Source of the DNA: Octopus vulgaris
Lineage: Eukaryota
DNA: 64,000 nt
Direction: 5' to 3'
Assembly: GCA_951406725.2 (NCBI GenBank)
Contig: OX597820.1
Coordinates: 7,316,001-7,380,000 of the forward strand
A program made the translations under genes and the position numbers. The notes beneath the pieces are model-generated. The model did no database searches and was not told where the DNA came from. It saw only the letters and a program-made list of their open reading frames with translations. Shown here one piece after another: positions 29,870 through 43,957 of this stretch; position 1 is the stretch's first letter, and the number at the start of each line of letters is the position of its first letter.

Positions 29870-30557
29870 TTGTGTGTGTGTGTATGCGTGTGCCTGTGTG
29901 AAACCTATGTATTCACGTATGGGTCTGTGTGTTTGTGAGCGTGTATGTGTGTGTACTAATGATTACAATAATGTTTCAAACAAAATCGGTTTTATAAGTT
30001 TTGGTGATTTGCTCTTCAATCACAGGTCTGTTCCGAATGAACTGACGTAAGATTGAAAACGTTCCAGTTACGAGCATCTTCATATCTTTCAATAGGAAGG
30101 ACGCGTCTGATTTGAGGGATATGCTATTGCTATTTGTAAGGGTTTTACCTTCCACCCTAACCCGATATAAACCTGGTGTTCCCGTGAAGGAAATTTCGCT
30201 GCTGTTACAGCTGACACACAAGTATCTTATTGCATTCCTGTCTGAAGCTTCACTGTTTTACAAGTGAAATTTTTGTCACAATTTCGTTCGTTCCCAAACA
30301 GATGAGATTAGGTTTTGCGGGGAAATATGTATTCGAAAGAGCGACTCCTTAGAAGTATCTAGAAAAAGCGATTGAAGATCTGTCGCAGATTTATTTCAAA
30401 CAGCCGGCATATTAAAAGAGATTCAATACTTACCAAAGTCGTTTAAGAACTCAATGAGTTACTCAGATCAGAGTCAACATCTTATATTTATGTTCAAAGA
30501 AATACATTCGCGTTAATTTATTACATCTCCTTTATACATACATATATCTATGTATAC

Positions 30558-30639
<82 letters not shown>

Positions 30640-30692
30640 TATATATGTGTGTGTGTGTGTATGTGTGTGTGTGTGTGTGTGTACATATATAT

Positions 30693-30736
<44 letters not shown>

Positions 30737-30857
30737 GAGCATATATATTGGAAATAAAATTTTGAAAGAAAAATATAAATAATAAATGAGTGGAAATTGA
30801 ACCGCTGAGTGCGTTAGATAAAAAGACAATGAGACAATATGACTCTCCCTAGACACA

Positions 30858-31026
<169 letters not shown>

Positions 31027-31029
31027 TAG

Positions 31030-31370
31030 TTGAATGAATTATCTTATTAAGGATAATCCGAATTAACCGATACCTGCGTAGCAAATTCACATCAGAAAAA
31101 ACACGGTTGAAGTTCTAGGGCATAGCTTACGTGTTTTTGTGTGGAAATTTGAATGTTTATTTTTAAATTATAAATTATATGAAAGAATGGAGCTGAACGA
31201 CGAATTAACAAAATTCCTTAATTTTCGACATATGTTTCGAAGGCTGCATATTCCTAATTGCGAAGGAATAAGGATTACATTATGCCGCTTTCTCATCAGG
31301 AAAAGCAAGGAACTTATGTCAACATCAAAATGCACAAAAAACGTTTAGATGATTGCTCACACGGAGCCCA
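31030..31370 (-). mobile_element. Solo PLE terminal repeat (family of 55700-56040)
   Basis: Shares aatgaattatcttatt..accgatacctg..gaaagaatggagctgaacg..aacaaaattcctt..ttttcgacatatgtttcgaag with 55700-56040. Confidence 0.8.
31222..31304 (-). ncRNA. Type I hammerhead motif with canonical core
   Basis: Reverse complement: ttttc-CTGATGA-gaaagcggcata...tatgcagccttc-GAAA-catatg-TC-gaaaa. G-C closing pair, GUC site. Confidence 0.82.
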
Positions 31371-31988
31371 TATATATACATATTTCCCTCTATACATTAA
31401 GTTAAGCTTTTTCTGGTGGCGAACGGTTATCGACTGCTATTTCCAGCAAAAATTGGTACCTCGTTGTGCCTCTATTTCCTATTATGATCCTACCTTTACG
31501 GTGCTTTATTTTGTTGGAAAGTAGTATTATTGTATATTTAAAATATTTATTTCTTAATATAAAACTTTCTCGCTGATCTTGATTCTGTTTATGGCTGGGG
31601 TATTGGCCGAGTATACATGTATTGATGCAGCAAATATTTTAAAGTTAGTCTCTTTGGTGCTCCGAACTGGCGAGGACCAATCCGTTTTGTGATAACAAAC
31701 ATATTCTGAAAATTTCGAAACTCGAGTACCAGGTTGTTCATTTCTCTGGCGTTCTCCCCAGAGATAAGACGAATTTTTCTTTTTATTTGCCGCCCGCACA
31801 CATCTTTGGCTCTATTCATTCAGTGAAGATTTGCCTAGCGTCGAACGATTATCGACTGCTATTTCCAGCAAAAATTGGTACCTTGTTGTGTTACTATTTC
31901 CTATTTATAATTCTATCTTTAATTTGCTTTAATTCGCTGGAAAATAATATTATTGTATTGTAATAATATTTGTGTGTGTGTGTATATT

Positions 31989-33278
31989 CAAGAGAAGTCA
32001 AAACTTATCCGTATATATCTTTATTATTGTCACACTGCCTTCTGCGCAGGCGTGCTTATAATTGGCGATATTGTTGTCACGTGACCCTATGTCGAACCTG
32101 GTTGCACCATTTTTCTTCCTGGTTTTACAATGTAAGCATGGGCGCTCCACTAGCAGTGTGCACCAAAGAAGAACAAAGAGCAGTGATCCAATTTCTCTTG
32201 TCGGAATGTGTGTCAGGTGCTGAAATTCATCGGAGGCTTAAAGTACAATACGGGGTCAGTGCACTATCAGGTAGAAGTGTGTATAGATGGATTGCGAAGT
32301 TTAAAACTGATCGGACATGGGTGACTCACGAAGTGGGAGCAGGACGCCCGTCAACTTCCACCATTGACGAGAAGATTCAGCAAGTTCTAGAAATGGTAAT
32401 GGTGAACCGGCGGGTTATCATCGATAAGGTAGCTCGTTCTCAGCAGATTAGTCATGGTTCTGCCTCTCAAATCATCCGCGATGAGCTTGGCTTCCATAAA
32501 GTCTGTGCAAGATGAGTGCCAAGAGATTTTACTGCAGAACTCAAGCGCAAACGTCTTGAGGTCTGCTAAGGTTTACTCGATCGCAACAACAATGAGGGCG
32601 AGGAATGTTTGAGGAGAAAGGCCATAGGAGATGAAACGTGGCTTCTTCATTATGAGGCAGAATCCAAAAGACGGAGTATGGAGTAGAAATATCCTGATTC
32701 GCCAGCCACAAAGAAATTCAAGATTCAGTCTTCCGTGGGAAAGGTAATGTTAATCCTTTTTTTTTCTTTTGTGACTTAAAAAGGGCATAGACTGGACGAC
32801 TACCTGGTAAATGGGTGTACGATCAAAGGTGCAAGATACAGTGATTTGCTGAACAAGAAACTGAAGCCAGCAATTCGCACCAAACGCCGAAACCGTTTGT
32901 CGAAGAAAGTTTTGTTGTTGCATAACAATGCACGCCCACTAGGCCGCCCAGACAATTGAACCCATTAACTGACAGGGTTTTGAGGAGTTGGAACACCCTG
33001 CCTACAGCCCAGATTTCACCCCTCCGACTATCATATCTTTGGACTGCTCAAAGATAGTTTATGAAGTCTTCGATTTCCTACGGATGAAGATGTGAAGGAA
33101 TCGAAAAATGGTTGCACGACCCGCTGAAGACCTTCATCTTGGAGGGAATAGGCAAGCTTGTGCACCGCTCCAACGAGAGAATCGAAAACGAAGGAAACTA
33201 TATAGACTACATACCTGTTTATACCCTGCTTTTTTGTAAATATATTCAAAAACAAGAGTGCGTATAATTTTTTGCTCT

Positions 33279-33282
<4 letters not shown>
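31989..33282 (+). mobile_element. Near full-length inactive mariner (irritans-like) transposon
   Basis: ATG at 32138: EEQRAVIQFL..AEIHRRL..GRPST..KVCAR*VPR..GDETW..HNNARP..HPAYSPDFTPSDYHIFG, with many stops. Imperfect TIRs at ~31989-32012 and 33258-33282. Confidence 0.92.
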
Positions 33283-33324
<42 letters not shown>

Positions 33325-33332
<8 letters not shown>

Positions 33333-33530
33333 TAGAGGGAAAGCACTATGTGGATACCCTTATGCTAGAAATAGATCCGCTATGGTCTTGCCACTAAGAA
33401 ATGTTCTCAAGAAAAATTTATGTTCTGCTAAATTTTTCTTGAGAATATTTTTTAGTGGTAAGACCATAGCGGATCTATTTCTATCATCTAGCATAAGGTT
33501 GTCCGCATATTTGTTTCCCTCTAATATGTA
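33325..33530. repeat. Foldback inverted repeat (~95-bp arms) next to a TA tract
   Basis: attagagggaaa..atagatccgctatggtctt..ttctcaagaaaaattta / taaatttttcttgagaa..aagaccatagcggatctat..tttccctctaat. Confidence 0.85.
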
Positions 33531-33646
33531 TATAATACAATTTTACTGAACCTTCAGTATTTTTATATGCTAGACCACTGGTGTGAAATCGATGTTAAAT
33601 TATTATCTAATTTCTCACCCTCATTTTAAATTTATACACACATATA

Positions 33647-33700
<54 letters not shown>

Positions 33701-33731
33701 GAGTGAGTGAGAGAGAGAGAGAGAGAGAGAG

Positions 33732-33767
<36 letters not shown>

Positions 33768-33841
33768 CGATTGGTAGGTAGATAGATAGATAGATAGATA
33801 GATAGATACACATATACATATATAGATATATACACATACAC

Positions 33842-33913
<72 letters not shown>

Positions 33914-34319
33914 GCACATACATACGTACTTTTTTTATGTATTTTGTTTTCGAAGAAGGCACTGCAACATCGATGCGGTCGTTATATTTGTGAAACATTA
34001 TTAAGTTGACACTGTCAGGGAAAACAATGCCGAAAGAGAATCTGAGAGGATTAATGTTCTGGCAAGGAATGGGTCGGGTGCAGAAATGTGTCAAAGAATG
34101 GCTTCTTTATGTTAGAACCAACTTCGAAATATCAGATGAAAGTTTTCTTTTGAAGATATTATGATGTCACAGTTCAATGACAATTAATAAGCAATCAATC
34201 GAAAAATACGGTCAAACGGATCAATTAAGCAATCAGTGAAATCAGGGCCTTACATTAAAATCGATTCTTCCAAAATACTAAATTACTTAATCACAATCCG
34301 ATGTGCGTGTGTGTGTGCA

Positions 34320-34363
<44 letters not shown>

Positions 34364-34707
34364 TGTGTGTGAAAGCGAGAGGGAGAGAGAGGGAGTAAGA
34401 GAGAGAGACGGGAAACCATGTGACGGAGTTGCAGAAGTGGTTATTCATCATATGACCATATTGATTGTTGGAAACATTGTTATAGGTCTAAATAGAATAC
34501 AGTTCTCTACATTCCCTGGTAGCCAATCCAGGAGGAGAGTTCAACCAATGATCCACTTCACACCAAAGATACGTGCATTGCGCATGTGTAAAGAACAACA
34601 TTGCAAACGAGTTTATAGATATCAAAATCCTCTGAGAAACATATACACACATATGAAGGGATGTTCACAGGGAATAGCATAAATAGGGTACAAGTATATT
34701 TAGATGC

Positions 34708-34783
<76 letters not shown>

Positions 34784-34784
34784 G

Positions 34785-34987
34785 ACCTCGTGAGTACCGC
34801 CAGCGATTTTTTTCCTCTGTCTTCCCTTCTCTGGATCTTTCCTTCTCCTATGTTTCCGACGAAGAGCTCCGCTCGAAACGTTAAGCCCTCCTTCATCCCT
34901 TCTTTCCTGAGCGTCCAATAATACTATATTTATTCTACGTTCTCGCGTTGCTGTGTTTTTTTTTGTTTTCTTGTTTGGATTAACTTT
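34785..34987 (+). mobile_element. Solo PLE-type terminal repeat between TA tracts
   Basis: Shares gctcgaaacgt and tttcctgagcg..aatac with 25324-25535. Confidence 0.7.
34852..34886 (+). ncRNA. Ultra-minimal hammerhead motif (CCGACGA core)
   Basis: gttt-CCGACGA-a-gagc-tcc-gctc-GAAA-cg-TT-aagc. Confidence 0.62.
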
Positions 34988-35907
34988 ATATATATATATA
35001 AGGATAAGATCGTTAATTGTTAAATAAAATAACGATTTTATCAAGTGGTCAGCATGGAAAAAATAACCTTCAAAGGTAATAATTATTAAAATTATAAATT
35101 AGGGTATCTACGAGATACCACCATGCTGAAAATAGCAGCCATGATCTGACTCTAAAACCACCTTAATTGTCCGTATATCAACATGGGGAGAAAACAACGA
35201 GACAAGATGAAACTAGTAAAAAATCATATATATATATATATACACGTGTGTGTGTGTATACATAAATATGTGTGTGTGAGAGTGTATGTTTATGTGTGTG
35301 TGAACACATTTATGCATCAATCTATCCATGAAATGTAAAAGTCTTCAGAATTTAAACGCGCTAGAACTGCGCCTCTGTTCGGCCTATATGGCTTGGAGAG
35401 AGAATGGGGAAAACAGAGAGAGAGGAGAGAGATGGGACGGGGAGAGATTAAGTAATGTGTTGATCGAAAGGAAATGACCGACATTTTAACTGATGAAGAT
35501 AAAACCCAAAGAGGAATGTAACGTTCGTTATCGTTAGATAAGGGTAACAGATATTAAGAACATTTTCTTTTTCAGACTGAAGTGGGTCTATACTGGAAGA
35601 CTTTCTGGAAAAAGGGCGTAGGATCAACGGTGCAAGATGCAGGAATATTGGACCTAATGTAATGACTGTGTGGTGGATAACAATTGTAAAGTAATTTTCG
35701 TATTAAGTGACGGATAAATATAATCAAGGTGCTGTGGATGTACGTACAATATATAGACATATGTGTGGGTCTATGCATGTACGTATTTGTCTGTGTGTAT
35801 ATATGAATCTATACATATAAGCGTGTATGTATACAGATAAGTGAATATGCATACATATATATATATAGAAAGAGAGAGATAGATAAATAGATAGATAGAT
35901 AGATAGG

Positions 35908-35950
<43 letters not shown>

Positions 35951-36167
35951 GGAGATAGACAGATAGATAGATATGTATATATGCCTGTATACACACGTGC
36001 ATACATGTAAGGGTGCGTGCGTATATCAATAAATGTATGGAAACACATACTTATTGTTCAGTGCGATTGATAATAATTGATGATATATCAACAAGTTCCA
36101 ATACATATATATATATATATATATATACATATGTACATATAAGTATACATATTTACATATAATTATA

Positions 36168-36224
<57 letters not shown>

Positions 36225-36363
36225 ATATAAACATATTCATATATATATTATGTATACATTCGTTCACTTAATTGATTATATGTCAACAAGTGCGTATCTA
36301 TACATACATTTAATCAGAAGAAAAAAAGTAATTCGAATGTAAGTTCATATAGAAATACACACA

Positions 36364-36418
<55 letters not shown>

Positions 36419-37074
36419 GCATGTGTATATATGTATATATATATATATATATATACATATGTAGGTATTTATACTTTGTGTGTGTATTTATGTGTGCCCG
36501 TATTTTTGAATGTATGTATGTATGTATTTATCGTGTATGTGAGCATCTAAGTAGATAGGTGTATATAACTATAAATACGTGCAGATGCTAGCGCACGTGT
36601 GTATATGTATACAATTAATTATAGAATCTCTTTAATCCCTGAGCAGCTCTTGTCCACAATACATTTACGATATTAAATTCCAAAATAATAAAATCTGGTT
36701 AAAATGCGCAGATACAGACATACAAACACAGATACACTCATACACACAGGTATATATATATATATACATATACACACGGATATCTATACACACATGTATA
36801 TACTGCAAGTTATACACACGCAGAGGAATATACACTCACCGATAAATCATTTCTCTCTTCCTATTATATATGTCTTTTCTCTATTCAAGAAAGCAAATCC
36901 CATTTCCATAGCACAAACATTCCTATACACCGAGCGGTTTTGTCTTTTTAACATGCGCACATACACATACTGCCATTCACACAAATACACAAATTTCTGC
37001 ATGTGTGTGTGTGTGTGTGTGTATTGAGAATATATTAGATGTAGAATTCATACATCATGTTCACACACACAGAT

Positions 37075-37141
37075 ATACACATTTATACACAAATTTATAC
37101 ACAAATTTATACACAAATTTATACACAAATTTATACACAAA
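37075..37141. repeat. 12-bp minisatellite (atttatacacaa) x5
   Basis: Direct reading of the sequence. Confidence 0.9.
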
Positions 37142-37984
37142 CACACACACACGATTTATGTGTCTGTGCGCAAGTGCAACTGTGCGAATACGGAACGGAT
37201 TTTCCTCGTATAATGCAATGTGTATATCTGTGGTCTGCACACACACACACACGCGTAGATATATATGTATATACATATATATATATATATATATATACAC
37301 ACAAATATATACACACATACATATATATCTTCATAAATATAAATATATAAGTGTATGTATATATATATATATATATATATGGGTATGGGTATATATATAT
37401 ATATGCACATACATACATATATATTTATAAATGTCTATATTTTTGTACATGTGTGTGTCCTTGTGTGTGTATGTATGTATGTATGTATGTATGTATGTAT
37501 ATATGTATGTGCATGTATTTTGTGTGTAGAATCTTCCACTGATTAGAGAAAAAATGCTTCCTTTCTGGTGTCCCCCTCGAAAGAAATCCCCAGTCCCTTT
37601 GGAGTTCCCTATTATTTGCCCTAACCCCCACTCCAATCATGTCCTTTACAGTGAAAGGTTCCAGTCAGCCTTCCAGCTCCGTATGTTTGAGCCAGAATCA
37701 TGCAAGCACTTATGTTCTTGTTCTGTCTTTAAAATGACTGCAAATTCGTTACTAAAATCATTCCCTCGTCATACCATAGCATAAATGTGAAGAAATTCTC
37801 ACTGTTACCAACTGCTTCTTTCCCTCAACGAAGTCAGACTTCAGAATGTTGAAAGTCTTGCGGTCAATACAAAAGACGGTACTTACGAGCCTTCAGTCCC
37901 TAGTATTTACCATTGAACAACGAAAAACACAAATATTACGGTGAACTATTTGATTTTAAAATAATTGTATACATGTGTAAGCAA

Positions 37985-39005
37985 ATGCGAGTGGTGTTCC
38001 ACAGACCATTGTTATTCATATCGCTCTCTCGGACATGCCCTCAGCTGCTCAGATAGCCACCTCTGCTAGCTGTGGAGATCATACAAATGTCTCTCAGAGA
38101 ATACGGAACCCTGGAGATATTTCGTACCTGTAACACGAGTTGGACGCAATATACAGGTGGGCTGAAGACAATAATATACAGTTTAATGCTGGGAAATGTC
38201 AAGTGCTGCACTACAAGCTCATAAATCTGAATGAAATGAAGACAAAGTACACTGGCCTAGGTCGGGGGGTTGCAATCCCTGAATCGAAATCAGTGCGCGA
38301 CGTGGGCATTGACACGAGTAGTGGTGCATCTGTCCAGGAGCATGTTTCTAAGTTGACAATAAAATGCAGATTGCTGCCCGGATGGATCCTTAGAAATTTC
38401 AGAACAAGAGAACAGGAAATCATGATGGTCCTCTGGAAGATATTTATCCTCAGCTGCTTAGACTTCGCTTCCAACTATCTTCACCGCACAGTGTAAAAGC
38501 AATCCAGCGAAGTTATACACGAAGATCCTGAAAAAGTTAAGGACTCTTTTCCGTAGATCGAAGACGGAAAGGATATGCAGTGATATCATCTGGAAAACCC
38601 TGGAAGAAATTGTACCTAACTTTGGCATTTATAGTTACACAAACAGCAGAAACGGGTACCACTGTATAGTACCAAAAATCCCCAAATCCCCATTATGACA
38701 CAGGACCAGATACTGCAACAGCTTGCATTTCAAGAGCCCACAGCACTTCAACGTCCTCTCCCAAAACCTGAGAGACCTACATGGGGTGGATATAGGTGTC
38801 TTCAAATCAATACTGGATCTCTTCCTGTCAAGTGTTCTGGATAAAACTACCTCGCGACAAGAAACGCAGATGAGGGCAGCAACATCAAACTCTCACTTTC
38901 ATAAAATGCATAACATCGGTAGTGGAACATTATCAAATCTCACGGAGGTGCCCCAGCATTGCCGCAGCTCTCGAGATGAAATTAGTAAAAGATGAACGAT
39001 AAATG
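37985..39005 (+). mobile_element. Degenerate CR1-group LINE 3' fragment (related to 7947-9113)
   Basis: SGVPQ..ALSDMP..DAIYRWAEDNNIQFNAGKCQ..GWILRNFRTR..PQHFNVL..MRAATSNS. Tail ggaggtgccccagcattgccgcag. Confidence 0.9.
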
Positions 39006-40244
39006 AAAGATAATTAAGAGTTCCGACAGCAGCGATAACCCAACCTTTCCTGTCGTCGCCGGTCATAAAGAGTTGCTTGACATGAGCCAACTCAATGATA
39101 AAATTGTATTTGTGATAGAGATTTCTTCTATGTCTAAAAGCTTTATCCAAGACAGAGGAAGGCATGCAGGAAAGATTCATAATTCTGTTTTGTTAATAAA
39201 AGCAAGAGCTTCCATATTCCCACGAGGTGTGAATTAGGGGAGCTCTAGATGTTGTATAGTATAATGTGTCATTTACGCGGAACAAGAAATACGGAAGCTT
39301 TTAGCTATCATTTCAGACGTAAGATGAGCAAAGAATTCACAGACGTCTGGCGCTCTACACACAAACTGGTTCCACTGTCTATAGACAAAAGGAAAACAAA
39401 ATTCATTGATAGAAATGGTCAGTAGGGTACTTTGGCTCTTTCTTTGTTATCTTTCTGAAACAGTGTGGACAAGGGTTGAATGTAAAACTGACCCAACATA
39501 GTGTAAGATGATGTGAAGAGCAAATTAAAGCACATTTGCTATATGTGAACAAGATAAAACTACGTGAGTGATTTGTGTCGAGAGAGGAAAATTGAAGAAT
39601 AAAGAAGAGTAACAAGAGATAGAGGAACGATTTTCACGAAGGTAGACTGAGGGAGCGAGACTGCTGCCATCACAGCATCACAGGTTGCTACTCTTCCGTG
39701 TCGTCACATCACCAACGAAATACGAAGTGGGAAATCGATAAATTGAAGAGCTTCTTCACAACCAAAGTGAGTTAAAGGATTTGAAATGTTCAAATATGTC
39801 GTTTTGGAACCAAACAGGAGAAAAATTGACAATCATCAAAAAAAAAATTCAAAGACAAAAAGGGGAAATATTTTATCCTAGGGAAAGTGATAACTAAGGC
39901 TGACGAGAATAAAAGATGTGAAACAAACAGATGTCCTATGAAAAAAGCTGAGTGACGAAAACAGGACGAAAACCTCAAGCGCCATGATGATGCATATTTG
40001 GTGAAAATCCTGACAAGCAATTGATCAACTGCTACTGGAATATTCTTCAATACATTGCAGTTTGTTTTAAACTTAGGATGCATCTGAATTCAGAAACGCA
40101 GGAGGCTACTTTGGGTTAGAGGACAAGTAGAGCGTTGAGTAGAAAACGATTGGAGTCGTTGTTGCCGTACCACGTCCTCTATGGTAACTTCTAGTCTTTG
40201 CCGGTTTGGCTACATTCTTCACTTGCTAGATTTAATCTAAAGAA

Positions 40245-40410
40245 ATAGGTATTTCGTCTGTCTTTAGTTCTGAGTTCAAATTCTGTCGAAGTTCACTTTG
40301 CCTTTCATCCTTTCAGGGTTGATAAATTAAGTACCAGTTGCGTACTGGTGTCGATCTAATCGACTCTCCCCTTCCCCTAAAATGTCGGCCCTTGTGTTTA
40401 AAGTAGAAAC
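40245..40410 (+). mobile_element. tRNA-derived SINE, 5' truncated
   Basis: ggtatttcgtctg..gttctgagttcaaattc..ctttgcctttcatcctttcagggttgataaattaagtaccagttgcgtactgg. Confidence 0.85.
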
Positions 40411-41023
40411 GAAATTGGCTGATTTTCTTTATTCTCTTTTCCTTGTATTTATTTTTTGATTTCGTTTTCTCCATTTCTGCTTTGTTCGCAATATTCAGTT
40501 TGTTAAGTCAGTCGTGTAACATTACATTTTTGTAACATCGCTGTAACATGATAATATTCAAAACATAACATTCTAATTATAACATTATTGTAACACTGAT
40601 GTAGCGTTGCTGTAACACGTCCGCTTTGTGTAAGATCTGAGAGTTGTTGCCGGAACATGGAGGGTGGTAAGGGGAAGGAGTTGAGACGTTGGTGGGTTGG
40701 TTTGCGGGTGAGCTTCATGCTAAGTGGTTTATGGTTGATTGCTGTAGACTGGGCTGTGTTGGGGAATAATGGGCTGAGACCGGACAGCAGCAATGTACTC
40801 GACGAGGCAAATAAATATCTGTGGCCTTTAACTTATATTTTTTTCTCTGCTGCCTCTTCTAATACTGATGATGAAGACAATGACGACGACAGCGATAATG
40901 GTGGTGGTGGTGACGGTGGTGGTGTTGCGGCGGCGTTGCTGGCGGTGGTGGTGACGGTGGTGGTGTTGCGATATTCATAGTTATGTTGTTGATGATGATG
41001 ATATCGAGCAGAAGCAAAAAGCA

Positions 41024-41373
41024 GATGAGAAGGATGTAGGGGGTATTGTTGGAGAGATGGTGGCAATATTGATGATGATAAGAAGGAAGAGGAGAAAGAG
41101 AATGGGGTTAGTCTGTGTGCATGAATATATGTATGTATGTTAATACCTATATAAACATAAATTTGCTTCGATTTGGTATTTGTCAAAGGTATATCTTTGA
41201 TGAGAAGGATGTAGGGGGTATTGTTGGAGAGATGGTGGCAATATTGATGATGATAAGAAGGAAGAGGAGAAAGAGAATGGGGTTAGTCTGTGTGCATGAA
41301 TATATGTATGTATGTTAATACCTATATAAACATAAATCTGCTTCGATTTGGTATTTGTCAAAGGTACATCTTT
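41024..41373. repeat. Tandem duplication, 2 x 175 bp
   Basis: Units start at 41024 and 41199 (gatgagaaggatgtagg..); two mismatches seen. Confidence 0.92.
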
Positions 41374-41676
41374 GGCAACAGGTACCAGAAATTAAACTAT
41401 TATAAATAAACTATTATATTCATAAATTAATCCAAGAACTTTCCAGAAACGTTGGTTAAGTTTTGAATCAGATCAAAGAAAGAAGAAAAGACTAGCGCCA
41501 GACTACCCACCCCCCCGCTTCCTACTTGCATCGATTTGTCTCAGTTACAATATCATTGGAATATATCGAATCACTGATCCCTCTCGCAATTACGCTAGGC
41601 TTTGGGCTTTACCCTCTCAACTCTCAGCCATTGGGGTTGTTGTTATTGTTGCTTCAGCTTCAGCTGTTGATATTTT

Positions 41677-41892
41677 AGGCGGCCAGCTGGCAGGGACGTT
41701 AGCACGCCGGGCGAAGTGCTTCGCGGTACGTTCTGAGTTCAAATTCCGCCGAGGTCGTCTTTGCCTTTCATCCTTTCGGGGTCGATAAATTAAGCACCAG
41801 TTACGCACTGGGGTCGATGTAATCGATTTAATCCGTTTGTCTGTCCCTGTTTGTCCCTTCTATGTTTAGCCCCTTGTGGGTAATAAAGAAAC
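41677..41892 (+). mobile_element. tRNA-derived SINE with Tx1-like tail
   Basis: taggcggccagctggcagggacgttagcacgccgggcgaag..gagttcaaattccgccgaggtc..ccttgtgggtaataaagaaa. Confidence 0.88.
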
Positions 41893-41910
41893 AAATATTT
41901 TAGCTCCCGG

Positions 41911-42125
41911 TAAGGCGGCGAACTGGCTGAATAGTTAGCACGCCGGGTAAAATGCTTGGAGGTATTTCGTCCATTTCTACATTCTGAGTTCAAATCACGC
42001 CGACGTCCAATTTCTCTTTCATCATTTCGGGATTGATAAAATAAGTACCAGTTGAGTATTGGGGGTCGATGTAATCGAGTTACTATCCCGAACCTTCTGG
42101 CTTTGGACCAAAATTTGAAATCAAT
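41911..42125 (+). mobile_element. tRNA-derived SINE
   Basis: taaggcggcgaactggctgaatagttagcacgccggg..gagttcaaatc..aagtaccagttgagtattgggggtcgatgtaatcga. Confidence 0.85.
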
Positions 42126-42502
42126 ATTTTAGCCCCAGGTCATTTCAACAAAGAACTAATTTAAGGATTTTTCAGCGATGATCAGTTTATATTATCAGCT
42201 TGGTTATGCTCAGGATTATTGCACGTCCCGCATGTTATGCTTACAATATCTCGCAGATATATGTGACTGATTTACTAATGTGATATACGGAAATATTTCA
42301 TGGCTGATAACGATAATTCAATATGCAAGGAATATTTCTGTACCTCGAAGGACATATTAACAGATACGTAATTTGTAAAAGGTACGATGAGGGAAACAGA
42401 TAAGCAGTGATATTGACCTGTCACATATTGCTCAACATGCTCATCTCTGTAGATAATATACTGGTGCGCCCTGCATGGATGGATGGGTGGACGTGTGAGA
42501 GC

Positions 42503-42538
<36 letters not shown>

Positions 42539-42598
42539 GCTCTCACGCATCCACTCATCCATCAATACAAGACACCGTTATATGTGAGAGCGTATATG

Positions 42599-42654
<56 letters not shown>

Positions 42655-42791
42655 TGCATATATGTATGTACTTACGTATGCTTCTATGTATATGTATGAA
42701 TAAATTAATATCCTTTTTGTTTCAGTATTATTTATTCAGCAAAGATTGATGCCTTTATATACCCGTCCCCTACATATACATACATACATAC

Positions 42792-42845
<54 letters not shown>

Positions 42846-42954
42846 GAAACCTCCTTGTACATCCAACTATCTTACGCACACACAGAGCTATCTTTTTGAT
42901 ATATAGAAACTTAGCAATGTCTTATAAACATACACAGAACTATAGTAAGCGCAC

Positions 42955-43074
<120 letters not shown>

Positions 43075-43623
43075 CGGCTATATTATACATACAGATATCT
43101 TTCAAATATACATTAATCAAATCAAGCATTTTCTTTTTGTTTTGTTTGATTTTGTTTATTGTTTGCTAAAATCCTTTTTTTATTTCCTATATACACGGTC
43201 TCTTAGCCATACATCCTCTCTCTCTCTCTCTCTCTCGCTCTCTCTCATTCAACCTCTGCATCTTCATTTGTCTCTCGTCTTACTCTCCCGATTTCTCTCT
43301 CTCTCGTTCTCCTCTCACTCTCTTCCCATTTCCTTCTCTTTCTTTCTCCCTCTCTCTCCCTTTCACCATCTGTACGTTTCTATTTATGTTTGCGTCAACA
43401 TAAAAATACAGAAAAAAATCTAGGACACACATGAAGATGGACACAGACAGACACACGCACACACAGGGACACACAAACGCACACACATACACACACACAC
43501 GACAAACAGACGCACAGACATACACACACACACGCACACACACACATAAATGCTTAGTCAATGCTTAGTCATATACTTTTCGCTTAACATTTTACAAATA
43601 TATAGCTATGTGGTTGTGTGATC

Positions 43624-43654
<31 letters not shown>

Positions 43655-43664
<10 letters not shown>

Positions 43665-43838
43665 GGCAGTTTGTCTGTGCGTTTTCTGTGTGTCTGTTTT
43701 CTCGTACCCTCACTCTGACCACGGCTTTCAACCGATTCTGATGAAACTTGACACACACATAGCCCAATGTCATAATTCAAAACTAACGCAGCGAAAATTT
43801 TGAAAATTTCCCCTAGTTCTGAAAAAAATCGATAAATT
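43655..43838 (+). mobile_element. Truncated copy of the non-autonomous Helitron-like element
   Basis: Near-identical to the 5' part of 48155-48522. Confidence 0.75.
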
Positions 43839-43957
43839 CCAAGAAAGGAAGATGGAGGAAGAAAACCGCCAACGATTCACATGTGGTTATATATATATAT
43901 AACCACATGTGAATCGTTGAACACACGCACACATGCACACATGCACACACACACATA

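Noticed and set aside
40657-40980. 107-aa ORF with hydrophobic and acidic stretches
   Set aside because: Driven by GGT/GAT trinucleotide repeats; no recognisable domain.
41677-42125. tRNA genes
   Set aside because: A/B-box-like motifs belong to SINE heads; no full cloverleaf.
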